64,000 nt of DNA, from the NCBI GenBank assembly GCA_964561135.1, contig CAZLOB010000022.1, forward strand, positions 5,718 to 69,717, given 5' to 3'. Every line of letters begins with the position of its first letter. Position 1 is the stretch's first letter. Source of the stretch: an uncultured Elusimicrobia bacterium (GTDB lineage: Bacteria; Elusimicrobiota; Endomicrobiia; DTEH01). This document shows, in pieces, positions 42,186 to 50,859 of the stretch. Below the pieces are notes generated by a model. It was not told the DNA's origin. It saw only the letters and a list, made by a program, of their open reading frames with translations, and did not search any database. Made by a program: the position numbers and the translations under genes.

Positions 42186-43190
42186 ATGAAAAACATTTTT
42201 ATAATAGGTGGAGGTTGTTGGGGGGCAACCTTAGCAACAATATATGCTAAGAAGGGATTAAAAATTACCATCTATGAACCTGTTTTGGAAAACTATAATT
42301 ATCTTAAACAACATCGTCACCCAAAATTTTTTAAGTATGTAAGTATCCCTGAAAATGTAAACATTACTAACGATGCGAATCAAATACAAAAAAATGATAT
42401 TGTTTTTTTAGTAATACCATCAATTTATGTGTTACCAATATTGAATAAATTTAAAAATGTAAATACTAAAGAAAAAATTTTTATTTCTTGTGTCAAAGGG
42501 TTTGAACCAAAAACTTTTAATTCTATCTCAAAAACAATTGCTGAAAGTTTAAAAATTAATAAAGAAAAAATTTTTGTCTTAAGTGGACCTTCTCATGCTG
42601 AAGAAGTTGCTATGGAAAAACCTACAGCAGTATCTTTAGCAGGAGTAAATAAGGATCTGCTTGTTAAATTACAAAAATTGTTAGCAACACAAATGTTAAG
42701 GATTTATGTCAATACAGACATTGTTGGGGTAGAAATAGCAGGAGCTGTGAAAAATATATATGCTATTGCTGCCGGCATCTGTGATGGTCTTAAGCTTGGT
42801 AATAATGCAAAAGCTGCTTTAATTACACGTTCATTAAAAGAAATGATATTAGTTGGCAACCTTTTCGGTGCAGAAACAAAAACCTTTTTTGGTTTATCAG
42901 GAATTGGTGATTTACTTACAACGGCTTATTCACCTTATTCAAGAAACCGTACTTTTGGCGAATATATTGCTAAATACAAAAACATAGAAAAAGCAAAACA
43001 AAAAATTCATACTTTTATCGAAGGTATCTACACTGTAAAAACAATTAATAAAATTGCAAAAAAATATTCTCTAGAGTTACCTATTGCAGAAGAAGTTTAT
43101 AAAATTATATATAAAAACAAACCGCCAGAACTTTCAATAAAATCTTTATTAACAAGACCGTTAAAAGAAGAGTTTAGTTGGTTAAAATGA
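42186..43190 (+). CDS. gpsA: NAD(P)H-dependent glycerol-3-phosphate dehydrogenase
   Basis: Rossmann motif GGGCWG, GPSHAEEV, GAVKNIYAIAAG and SRNRTFG. Confidence 0.9.
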   Translation: MKNIFIIGGGCWGATLATIYAKKGLKITIYEPVLENYNYLKQHRHPKFFKYVSIPENVNITNDANQIQKNDIVFLVIPSIYVLPILNKFKNVNTKEKIFISCVKGFEPKTFNSISKTIAESLKINKEKIFVLSGPSHAEEVAMEKPTAVSLAGVNKDLLVKLQKLLATQMLRIYVNTDIVGVEIAGAVKNIYAIAAGICDGLKLGNNAKAALITRSLKEMILVGNLFGAETKTFFGLSGIGDLLTTAYSPYSRNRTFGEYIAKYKNIEKAKQKIHTFIEGIYTVKTINKIAKKYSLELPIAEEVYKIIYKNKPPELSIKSLLTRPLKEEFSWLK

Positions 43191-43471
43191 ATAAAAATGA
43201 TTTAATTAAAATATTAACACAATATACTTTAACAAAAAATGATGCAAAAAAGTTTGTAAATATTATTTTTGACTCAATAAGAGATGCTTTGTTATCTGGT
43301 GAAAAAGTTGTGATACAAAACTTTGGTAGTTTTATTCCAAAATTTTATAAATCAAAAAGAATGTATAATCCAAAACAAAAAAAATACGTTGTATTAACAC
43401 CAAGAAAAAAAATAAAATTTACTCTTTCTAAAAAATTTTTTGCAGCGTTAAACTTAAAAGAAAAAAAGTAA
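43187..43471 (+). CDS. hup: HU/IHF-family DNA-binding protein
   Basis: MNKNDLI..., FGSF and a beta-arm with Pro (NPKQKKYVVLTPRKK). The start ATG 43187 overlaps the gpsA stop as ATGA. Confidence 0.85.
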   Translation: MNKNDLIKILTQYTLTKNDAKKFVNIIFDSIRDALLSGEKVVIQNFGSFIPKFYKSKRMYNPKQKKYVVLTPRKKIKFTLSKKFFAALNLKEKK

Positions 43472-43477
43472 GCAACT

Positions 43478-43840
43478 ATGACTGAAGAAAACAAACAACA
43501 TTACTATACTATCAAAGAGTTTGCAAAAAAAGTTGGTGTTGAAGAATATGTGTTAAGATACTGGGAAAGTGTATTTCCACAATTAAAACCTTTAAAAACT
43601 GAAAAAGGGCATAGAAGATATACAGACGAACATATACCTATTGTAGAAAAAATTAAAGAACTTATGTGGGAAAAAAAATATACTATTGAAGGAGCAAGAA
43701 AGGAATTAAAAGAATTTTTTTCTAAAAAGAAAAATGTGCAATCCACATTATTTTTAGATTTCCAAACTGCAGGTAATAAAAAAATATTAAACGAAATTAA
43801 AAGTGTTTTAGAAGAAATTTTAAAAATTCTTGAAGAATAG
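43478..43840 (+). CDS. MerR-family transcriptional regulator (short form)
   Basis: N-terminal MerR helix-turn-helix (YTIKEFAKKVGVEEYVLRYWE...GHRRYT) followed by a helical tail. Confidence 0.75.
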   Translation: MTEENKQHYYTIKEFAKKVGVEEYVLRYWESVFPQLKPLKTEKGHRRYTDEHIPIVEKIKELMWEKKYTIEGARKELKEFFSKKKNVQSTLFLDFQTAGNKKILNEIKSVLEEILKILEE

Positions 43841-43842
43841 AT

Positions 43843-44340
43843 ATGATAGAAAATCTTGTACAACTTTTTTCTAATTTACCAAAAGAAGTTGCAATAATAC
43901 TTATCTCAGCCATTCCTATAAGCGAACTACGTGGTGCTATACCGGTAGGTATTGGTATCTATAAGTTTAGTGTAACCAAAACATTAACTTTAGCAATAAT
44001 TGGTAATTTATCTTTTGTTATACCGTTCTTATGGTTTTTAAACAACTTACATTTGCATTTTATGAAATATTATTACTACAACAAATTTTTTACTTGGTGG
44101 TTCAGTAAAGTAAAGCCAAGAACAAAAAATATTAAAAAATATGAATATGTTGGACTAGCTTTGTTTGTTGCTATACCTTTACCTGTGACTGGTGCTTGGA
44201 GTGGATGTGTAGCAAGCTATCTTTTAGGATTAGACTTTTGGAAATCAGTTGTAGCTATATCAATAGGAGTTTTAATTGCAGCAATAATTGTGACCGTTAT
44301 CACTCTTGTTACTACACAAACTATTCAATTAATAATTTAA
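43843..44340 (+). CDS. small membrane protein of the putative small multidrug export family (COG2426-like)
   Basis: ISELRGAIPVGI motif and 4-5 TM segments. This is a family-level call only. Confidence 0.6.
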   Translation: MIENLVQLFSNLPKEVAIILISAIPISELRGAIPVGIGIYKFSVTKTLTLAIIGNLSFVIPFLWFLNNLHLHFMKYYYYNKFFTWWFSKVKPRTKNIKKYEYVGLALFVAIPLPVTGAWSGCVASYLLGLDFWKSVVAISIGVLIAAIIVTVITLVTTQTIQLII

Positions 44341-44342
44341 AA

Positions 44343-44419
44343 AGCGGGCGATGGGATTCGAACCCACGACCTTCTGCTTGGCAAGCAGACGTTCTTAAAC
44401 CAGGCTGAACTACGCCCGC
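44343..44419 (-). tRNA. tRNA-Gly (anticodon GCC)
   Basis: The reverse complement, GCGGGCGTAGTTCAGCCTGGTTTAAGAACGTCTGCTTGCCAAGCAGAAGGTCGTGGGTTCGAATCCCATCGCCCGCT, folds as a cloverleaf. It has a 7-bp acceptor stem, anticodon stem TCTGC/GCAGA, anticodon loop TTGCCAA and a GGTTCGAATCC T-arm. No CCA is encoded. Confidence 0.9.
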
Positions 44420-44512
44420 ATTTTCCTAGTTTTTTAATTTATAAAATCAATAAATAAAAGTCAATATTTTTGATTTTATTTCTAACAAATTTAAAACGAA
44501 AGGAGAAAAAAA

Positions 44513-46066
44513 ATGAAAAATGCTATAATAAGTGTATCAGATAAAACAAATTTAATAGAGTTTGCAAAAGAACTTAATAATATAGGAATAAAAATTTATT
44601 CAACTGGTGGAACTGCAAAAATTTTAAAAGAGCATAATATCAGTGTTATAGAAATATCTGAATACACTTCTTTTGCAGAAATTTTAGATGGAAGAGTTAA
44701 AACTTTACACCCAAAAATTCACGGTGGTATACTTGCAAAACGAAACAAACAAGAACATATGCAAGAGATTCAAAAATATAATATTACTCTTTTCGATCTT
44801 GTAGTAGTAAACCTTTATCCATTTGAAGAAACTCTACAAAAAACAAATGATGAAGAAGAAATTATTGAAAACATTGATATTGGGGGTGTTACACTTATTC
44901 GTGCAGCAGCAAAAAATTATAAAGATGTAGCTGTTGTTGTTGACTATAACGATTATCCCGAAGTTATACATAGAATCAAAAATAACACATTAGATTTAGA
45001 ATACAAAAAATATCTTGCAACAAAAGCATTTTTACATACTGCAAGATATGATTCTATAATCTCAAACTGGTTTGTTAAAACTTCAAAAAAAGAAGTTTTT
45101 GATTTTGAAGAAATATCTATCGGACTTAAAAAAGTGTCTAACTTAAGATATGGAGAGAATCCACATCAAAAAGCTGCTTTGTTCAAATTCGCGTCAAAAA
45201 CATCAAGTTTAGTTTCTGCAGAAAAGTTGCAAGGTAAAGAATTGTCATATAACAATTACTTAGATTTAGATTCAGCAATGAATATTGTAAAAAATTTTTC
45301 AAATCCTGCTTGTGTTATAATAAAACATAACAATCCTTGTGGTGTAGCAGAAGCAAATACTTTGTTAGATGCATATAAAAAAGCATTAAGTTGTGACCCT
45401 GTTTCTGCATTTGGTGGTATAATTGCTTTTAATTACGAAGTGGACGAAAATACTGCAAAAGAAGTTATTAACCTATTTACAGAATGTATAATTGCACCTG
45501 CGTATACACAAAAAGCAAAAGAAGTGTTCTCAAAAAAGAAAGATTTAAGATTATTAGTACTACCAGGGTTGATGAATTCAATAACAGAAGAAATTGAGTT
45601 TAGACAAATTGACGGTGGGATGCTTGTTCAATCAAAAGATTTAACTCTGTATAATGAACTTGTATATGTAACAAAACGGCACCCAACTGAACAAGAACTT
45701 AAAAGTTTAATTTTCGCGTTTAAAGTTGTAAAATATGTAAAATCAAATGCTATAGTGTTAGCAAAAGGAACACAAACTGTTGGTATAGGTGCGGGACAAA
45801 TGTCACGTATCGACGCGTTGAAAATTGCCACAATCAAAATGAACCAAATTGATAAAGAAATTTTAGAGTCGTTAAAGGAATATCCACTTGTTTTAGCATC
45901 GGATGCGTTTTTCCCGTTCAACGATGTTGTGAATGAAGCTGCAAAAATTGGTGTTTCTGCTATAATACAACCTGGTGGATCCGTACGAGATGCAGATTCT
46001 ATATCTTTAGCGAATGAATATAATATAGCTATGGTCTTTACCAAAACTCGCCACTTTAAACATTGA
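44513..46066 (+). CDS. purH: bifunctional AICAR formyltransferase / IMP cyclohydrolase
   Basis: Full-length PurH (ALISVSDKT-type N-terminus, GRVKTLHPKIHGGIL, YGENPHQ). An AAAGGAG RBS lies upstream. Confidence 0.95.
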   Translation: MKNAIISVSDKTNLIEFAKELNNIGIKIYSTGGTAKILKEHNISVIEISEYTSFAEILDGRVKTLHPKIHGGILAKRNKQEHMQEIQKYNITLFDLVVVNLYPFEETLQKTNDEEEIIENIDIGGVTLIRAAAKNYKDVAVVVDYNDYPEVIHRIKNNTLDLEYKKYLATKAFLHTARYDSIISNWFVKTSKKEVFDFEEISIGLKKVSNLRYGENPHQKAALFKFASKTSSLVSAEKLQGKELSYNNYLDLDSAMNIVKNFSNPACVIIKHNNPCGVAEANTLLDAYKKALSCDPVSAFGGIIAFNYEVDENTAKEVINLFTECIIAPAYTQKAKEVFSKKKDLRLLVLPGLMNSITEEIEFRQIDGGMLVQSKDLTLYNELVYVTKRHPTEQELKSLIFAFKVVKYVKSNAIVLAKGTQTVGIGAGQMSRIDALKIATIKMNQIDKEILESLKEYPLVLASDAFFPFNDVVNEAAKIGVSAIIQPGGSVRDADSISLANEYNIAMVFTKTRHFKH

Positions 46067-46076
46067 TAGATGAGAG

Positions 46077-46619
46077 ATGTTTAGAAAAACTTTTGTTTTT
46101 TTAAGAGTCTTAACTATATTTCTAGTATGTGTTTTACATGTTTTTTCAAAAGAGTTGCCAACAGAACTTTTGGGTTTCCAAATTAATACTGAATTAAAAA
46201 GTGTAAAAAAATCTGTACAATTAAAAAAAATCAAAAATTCGTTTGAAAAAGTTTACAAGGTTTTATATATTGAACAAAGTATTGAAACTTATCTTTATTT
46301 TTTTAATAAAAAAATTTACAAAATAATTATCTGTTTTTCTGAAAAAGTTTTTGACCAAGAAGATTGGGAAAATATTGTTAGCCAAGCAATTTCTTTGTAC
46401 GATAGACCTAAAAAAGTTTTTGTAACACACAAAAATGGTTTATCACAAGAAGTTTATCTTTGGGAAGATGAAAAAGTAAAATATATCTACAAAAAAGTTA
46501 GTAAAGAAAATAAAATACAGAATTTTAGTATAGAACTAGTAGATAAACATACTGAACAAAAAATAACACAATTGTCTTTTATAAAAAAGTTATATCTCAG
46601 ATTGATTAATTTGTTTTAA
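46077..46619 (+). CDS. hypothetical exported protein
   Basis: Signal-peptide-like N-terminus (MFRKTFVFLRVLTIFLVCVLHVFS). I recognise no family. The gene is tightly packed between purH and suhB. Confidence 0.5.
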   Translation: MFRKTFVFLRVLTIFLVCVLHVFSKELPTELLGFQINTELKSVKKSVQLKKIKNSFEKVYKVLYIEQSIETYLYFFNKKIYKIIICFSEKVFDQEDWENIVSQAISLYDRPKKVFVTHKNGLSQEVYLWEDEKVKYIYKKVSKENKIQNFSIELVDKHTEQKITQLSFIKKLYLRLINLF

Positions 46620-46624
46620 AAACA

Positions 46625-47416
46625 ATGAAAAACTTTCTTATAAATTTAGTAAAAACAGCTGGAAGAATTTTGCAAAAATATTATTATTCAGATATATCAC
46701 AGTTGTCATTAAAATATAAATCAAAACATAATCCCGTAACAAAAGCAGATAAAGAAGCTGAAGAAATTATAAAATATATGATATCTAAAAAATTTCCTAA
46801 CGATAAATTTATATGTGAAGAAAGTTGTCCTACAGTTGACAAACTTAATAAAGAACAAAGATACTGGGTGATAGACCCACTTGATGGTACCGTAAATTTT
46901 TCACACAAACTTCCAATATTTTGTATCTCAATTGCTATAATAGAAAATAACGATATTGTTGAAGGAATTGTATATAATCCTATAACAAAAGATTTGTATT
47001 ATGCAAAAAAAGGATGTGGAGCGTATAAAAATAATAAAAAAATACTTGTATCTAAAATAAAAAATTTGTATAATTCTTTATTAGTAACAGGTTTTCCATA
47101 TTATACATATAAAAATCCACAACGGGTGTTTAAATTGTTTAACAAATTTGCGATTTCTGCACAAGCAGTACGTAGATTAGGTTCAGCAGCGTTAGACCTT
47201 TGTATGGTAGCCGAAGGTATCTTTGAAGGATTTTGGGAAGAAAACTTGCAAATATGGGATGTAGCAGCAGGATCTTTAATTGTTAAAGAAGCTGGAGGAG
47301 AAGTAACAGATTTTTTTGGTAAAGATAATTATTTGTTTGGTAAAACAATAGTTGCAACAAACGGAAAAATACATAAACAAATGTTGAATATTATAAGCAA
47401 AACAGTCAAAAGTTAA
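46625..47416 (+). CDS. suhB: inositol monophosphatase family protein
   Basis: Metal-binding motifs WVIDPLDGTVNF and WDVAAG. Confidence 0.85.
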   Translation: MKNFLINLVKTAGRILQKYYYSDISQLSLKYKSKHNPVTKADKEAEEIIKYMISKKFPNDKFICEESCPTVDKLNKEQRYWVIDPLDGTVNFSHKLPIFCISIAIIENNDIVEGIVYNPITKDLYYAKKGCGAYKNNKKILVSKIKNLYNSLLVTGFPYYTYKNPQRVFKLFNKFAISAQAVRRLGSAALDLCMVAEGIFEGFWEENLQIWDVAAGSLIVKEAGGEVTDFFGKDNYLFGKTIVATNGKIHKQMLNIISKTVKS

Positions 47417-47421
47417 GAAGA

Positions 47422-47502
<81 letters not shown>

Positions 47503-47532
47503 AAGAAAATTATTTTTATTTTTTTACTTAAA

Positions 47533-48192
47533 ATGAAACTGAAACAAATTAGTGAATTTTTACCACGGGAAAAACTTTTAAAATACAACAGACCCGATAA
47601 ACTCAAAAATGAAGAGTTGCTTGCTATCATCCTTAGAACTGGAACAAAAAATTACAATGTGTTAACTTTAGCAAAAAAAATTTTAAAACAATATGGTAAA
47701 GAATTACCTTATGTTTCAGTAAATGAGTTAAAAAATTTTTTAGGTATAGGTGAAGCACGTGCATGTAGTATTGTTGCATGTTTTGAACTTGGTAAACGTT
47801 TGTTAAGAGATAAAAAGACATATCTTTATCTTACACCGAAAGATGTATACGAACGACTTTCAGAATACAGAACAGCTAAAAAAGAATATTTTTTTGTGTT
47901 TTACCTCGACAGTAGAAACCAAGAAATAAAATGTGAAGTTGTAAGTGTTGGGATTTTAAATTCAAGTTTAGTACATCCAAGGGAAGTGTTTGAACCTGCA
48001 GTGAAACATCTTGCATGTCAGATTATTGTTGCACATAATCATCCATCAGGTTGTTTAGAACCGTCAAAAGATGATCTTGAGATTACACAACGTTTAATAA
48101 AAGCAGGTGAAATACTTGGTATAGAACTGTTAGATCATGTTATTGTTGCTAAAAACGGATATTTTAGTTTTAAAGAATATAAACTTATGTAA
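47533..48192 (+). CDS. radC: RadC-family (JAMM-like) protein
   Basis: HhH-like N-terminal region and the motif HNHPSG...PSKDD. Confidence 0.85.
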   Translation: MKLKQISEFLPREKLLKYNRPDKLKNEELLAIILRTGTKNYNVLTLAKKILKQYGKELPYVSVNELKNFLGIGEARACSIVACFELGKRLLRDKKTYLYLTPKDVYERLSEYRTAKKEYFFVFYLDSRNQEIKCEVVSVGILNSSLVHPREVFEPAVKHLACQIIVAHNHPSGCLEPSKDDLEITQRLIKAGEILGIELLDHVIVAKNGYFSFKEYKLM

Positions 48193-48216
48193 CAACAAAT
48201 TGTTGAGGTTAAACAT

Positions 48217-48414
48217 ATGAAAGAATGTAAAATAAATGAAAATCTTAAAATTTGTCCATGCAGTTATCCAGTGTGTTCCAGAAAAGGTATTTGTTGTGAA
48301 TGTTTGCATTACCACAGAGAAAGAGGGGAACTGCCAGCATGTTATTTTTCACCAAAAGTTGAAAAAACATACGACAGAAGTATCGAAAATTTTATAAAAA
48401 ATTATAAAAAATAA
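48217..48414 (+). CDS. small Cys-rich cytoplasmic protein (DUF6485-like)
   Basis: 65 aa with the pattern [27 protein letters not shown], recalled as a conserved uncharacterised family. A GAGG RBS-like sequence lies upstream. Confidence 0.5.
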   Translation: MKECKINENLKICPCSYPVCSRKGICCECLHYHRERGELPACYFSPKVEKTYDRSIENFIKNYKK

Positions 48415-48448
48415 TAAGTCTCCAAACAATCTAAAGGAAAACCAAAAA

Positions 48449-49183
48449 ATGAGTATAAGACCTATAGTGATGAAATTTGGGGGTTCTTCAGTAGCAAATG
48501 TTGAACGTATAAAAAATGTTGCTAAAATCATTGTTAATAAAAAGAAAAAGTATAAACATATTGTAGTTGTTGTTTCAGCACCTGGAGATATGACCGACGA
48601 ACTTATTGAAAAAGCATACCAAATCACTCCTGACCCTGATAAACGAGAATTTGATATGTTGTTATCTACAGGAGAACAAATATCAATTGCTCTTTTAGCA
48701 ATGGCATTACATACATTAAACTGTGATGCTATTTCTTTAACAGGACCACAAGCAGGCATCTATGCTGATGCATCATATACCAAAGCTAAAATTATTGATA
48801 TTGATACAAAAAAAATAAAAAGATATTTAAAACAAGGTAAAGTGGTTATAGTTGCTGGTTTTCAAGGAATAAATCCTTATCAAGATATAACAACCTTAGG
48901 ACGGGGCGGTTCTGACCTTACCGCAATAGCGTTAGCTGCAAAGTTAAAAAGTCCTATCTGCGAAATATATACAGATGTAGAAGGTGTCTATACTACAGAT
49001 CCAAGAATTGTACCAGAAGCAAGAAAAATTAATTATCTTACCTATGACGAAATGCTTGAGATAGCAGGCAGTGGCGCACAAGTTATGATGGCAAGATCTA
49101 TTGAAGTAGCAAAAAAATATAATGTTAAACTTGAAATAAAATCGTCTCTTGTTCGAAAACCAGGAACAATAATTTATAAATAA
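48449..49183 (+). CDS. aspartate kinase catalytic domain only (no ACT domains)
   Basis: KFGGSSV, VVVVSAPGDMTDEL, LLSTGEQIS, TTLGRGGSDLTA and EIYTDVEGVYTTDPR. The ORF stops right after the ..SSLVRKPGTIIYK region, where ACT domains normally begin. Confidence 0.8.
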   Translation: MSIRPIVMKFGGSSVANVERIKNVAKIIVNKKKKYKHIVVVVSAPGDMTDELIEKAYQITPDPDKREFDMLLSTGEQISIALLAMALHTLNCDAISLTGPQAGIYADASYTKAKIIDIDTKKIKRYLKQGKVVIVAGFQGINPYQDITTLGRGGSDLTAIALAAKLKSPICEIYTDVEGVYTTDPRIVPEARKINYLTYDEMLEIAGSGAQVMMARSIEVAKKYNVKLEIKSSLVRKPGTIIYK

Positions 49184-49257
49184 AATTCTTAACTTTCTTT
49201 TTGAAAATTCTATCATTATTTCGCTACTCATATTTTGCCAAAATTATTGTCCTTATA

Positions 49258-49286
49258 TTGACATATATAAAATAAATTTGTATCTT
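49258..49286 (+). promoter_or_regulatory. candidate sigma-70-type promoter upstream of queH
   Basis: Perfect -35 TTGACA (49258-49263), a 17-nt spacer, and -10 TATCTT (49281-49286). The queH ATG lies only 10 nt downstream and has no SD. Confidence 0.3.
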
Positions 49287-49295
49287 TTTATTCGT

Positions 49296-49838
49296 ATGAA
49301 CAACAATAAAGTATTGCTTCATATTTGTTGTGGAATATGCGCATTAGAATCTATAAATAGGTTACTACAGCAAAAGTATAAAGTTATAGGTTACTTTTAC
49401 AACCCTAACATTTATCCAAAAGAAGAATATCAAAAAAGATTACAAGTTGTTGAAAAAGTTGCTGAAATATACAATATTAAGATCATCTATGATAATTACG
49501 AACCTGAAGTTTGGCAAAAATTATGTGGACAATACGAAAGCGAACCTGAAGGGGGAAAAAGATGTTTATTGTGTTATGAATTAAGATTAAGAAAAACATA
49601 CAATACTATGGTAAAAGAAAATCTTGATTTATTCACTACGACACTTACTATAAGTCCACATAAAAAATCAAATATAATTTTTGAAATAGGTGAAAAAATT
49701 GGTGGTGAAAAATTTTTAAAAATTGATTTTAAAAAACATGACGGATTTAAAAAAACTATTGAACTAGCAAAACAATTCGAGTTTTATAGACAAAACTATT
49801 GTGGATGCAAATTTTCATTAAGAAAAACTATCTTATGA
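49296..49838 (+). CDS. queH: epoxyqueuosine reductase QueH (DUF208)
   Basis: Cys motifs HICCGIC, CLLCYELRL and the C-terminal NYCGC. I chose the start at ATG 49296. Confidence 0.8.
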   Translation: MNNNKVLLHICCGICALESINRLLQQKYKVIGYFYNPNIYPKEEYQKRLQVVEKVAEIYNIKIIYDNYEPEVWQKLCGQYESEPEGGKRCLLCYELRLRKTYNTMVKENLDLFTTTLTISPHKKSNIIFEIGEKIGGEKFLKIDFKKHDGFKKTIELAKQFEFYRQNYCGCKFSLRKTIL

Positions 49839-50575
49839 AAAAAACTAATCTTGTAGCAGTATTTACCTGCGAAAATATCAACAAACAATTATCTTTGCTT
49901 AAAAAATACAAAAATTTTATTGACAGCGTAGAAATAAGGGTTGACTCCTTTTATAAGAATAATAAAATCAAAGAAATACCAAATATTATAAAAAATATAA
50001 AAGATACTATACCAAAGATAAAAATTATTATAACATTCAGAAAACTTGAAGAAGGTGGTTGTGTAAAAGTTTATGAAAAAACAAGGCAATTTGTAATAAC
50101 AGAACTTTTAAAAAGTTCTCATCAATACATAAATTTCGTAGATATTGAATTTTTCTCTAAAATAAAAAATAAAATAATTAATCTAGCAAAAAAATATAAA
50201 AAAATTGTAATTTTATCGTTTCATAAATTAGACAAAAATTTTAAGCTAAATGAAGTAACAAAAATAATTAAAAAAATGCAAAAATTTGTTAATAGCAATA
50301 AAAAACACTGCATCATTAAAATAGTTGTTTATTGTGATTCATTATACAAATACATCGAGATCTTAAAAAGTGCTCACATTAAGCCAACAACGAAAACAAA
50401 AGTTTTTAAAAACATAAGCATTTTTTCTGTTGGCAAAACTTCGATACTTTCAAGGCTAATTTGTTTCGTTTTGGATATGCCGATTGTTTACGCTGCACTA
50501 TCAAAAGCAGTAATTAAAACACAGCCTACTATAAAACAGATTGTCAAAATAAAAAGACTTCTTGCCAACAACTAA
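49835..50575 (+). CDS. aroD: type I 3-dehydroquinate dehydratase
   Basis: The VEIRVD, TFRKLEEGG, VDIE, SFH and IKIV pattern of type I DHQase. The start ATG 49835 overlaps the queH stop as ATGA. Confidence 0.7.
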   Translation: MKKTNLVAVFTCENINKQLSLLKKYKNFIDSVEIRVDSFYKNNKIKEIPNIIKNIKDTIPKIKIIITFRKLEEGGCVKVYEKTRQFVITELLKSSHQYINFVDIEFFSKIKNKIINLAKKYKKIVILSFHKLDKNFKLNEVTKIIKKMQKFVNSNKKHCIIKIVVYCDSLYKYIEILKSAHIKPTTKTKVFKNISIFSVGKTSILSRLICFVLDMPIVYAALSKAVIKTQPTIKQIVKIKRLLANN

Positions 50576-50655
50576 ATTCTAAAAACTTAAACTTAAAATG
50601 ACGATTTAAAACTTAATCCGGCTATTGAATTTAACCAAATTTTAATCTAATTTTA

Positions 50656-50683
50656 AGTTCCTATAAGATATATTATGTTAATT
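50656..50683. other. dif: candidate dif site (XerC/XerD chromosome dimer resolution site)
   Basis: AGTTCCTATAAGATATATTATGTTAATT matches B. subtilis dif at 23/28 positions and E. coli dif at 21/28, with the XerD arm matching 10/11. It lies in the only long intergenic gap, at the convergent gene-orientation switch. Confidence 0.7.
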
Positions 50684-50859
50684 TATATTTTTTGAATGAT
50701 ACTTTAAAATAAAGACGAAAAATTACGAAAAAACGAAATCATAAAACAAAAATTAATGTAATAGTTTAAATTCGAATAAAAATAAAAATTAAAGTAATAC
50801 TTGAAAATAGAAATTGCAAAAATTGTAAAACTTGCAGCTTCAAAAAAGAAACTTGCAAG

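Noticed and set aside
44196-44408. A 70-aa plus-strand ORF running across the tRNA-Gly locus.
   Set aside because: Its 3' half is the reverse complement of a well-folded tRNA, and its 5' half is out of frame within the upstream membrane-protein gene.
44441-44479. A 10-bp perfect inverted repeat, ATAAAATCAA-N19-TTGATTTTAT, upstream of purH. I also checked here for a ZTP or purine riboswitch.
   Set aside because: The repeat is almost pure A/T, and a repeat of this length is roughly expected by chance in a spacer this AT-rich. None of the GC-rich conserved cores of ZTP or purine riboswitches is visible.
49184-49295. A possible preQ1 riboswitch upstream of queH.
   Set aside because: I could find no preQ1-I/II-like hairpin with a conserved loop and A-rich tail. 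The spacer is short and lacks a stable stem.
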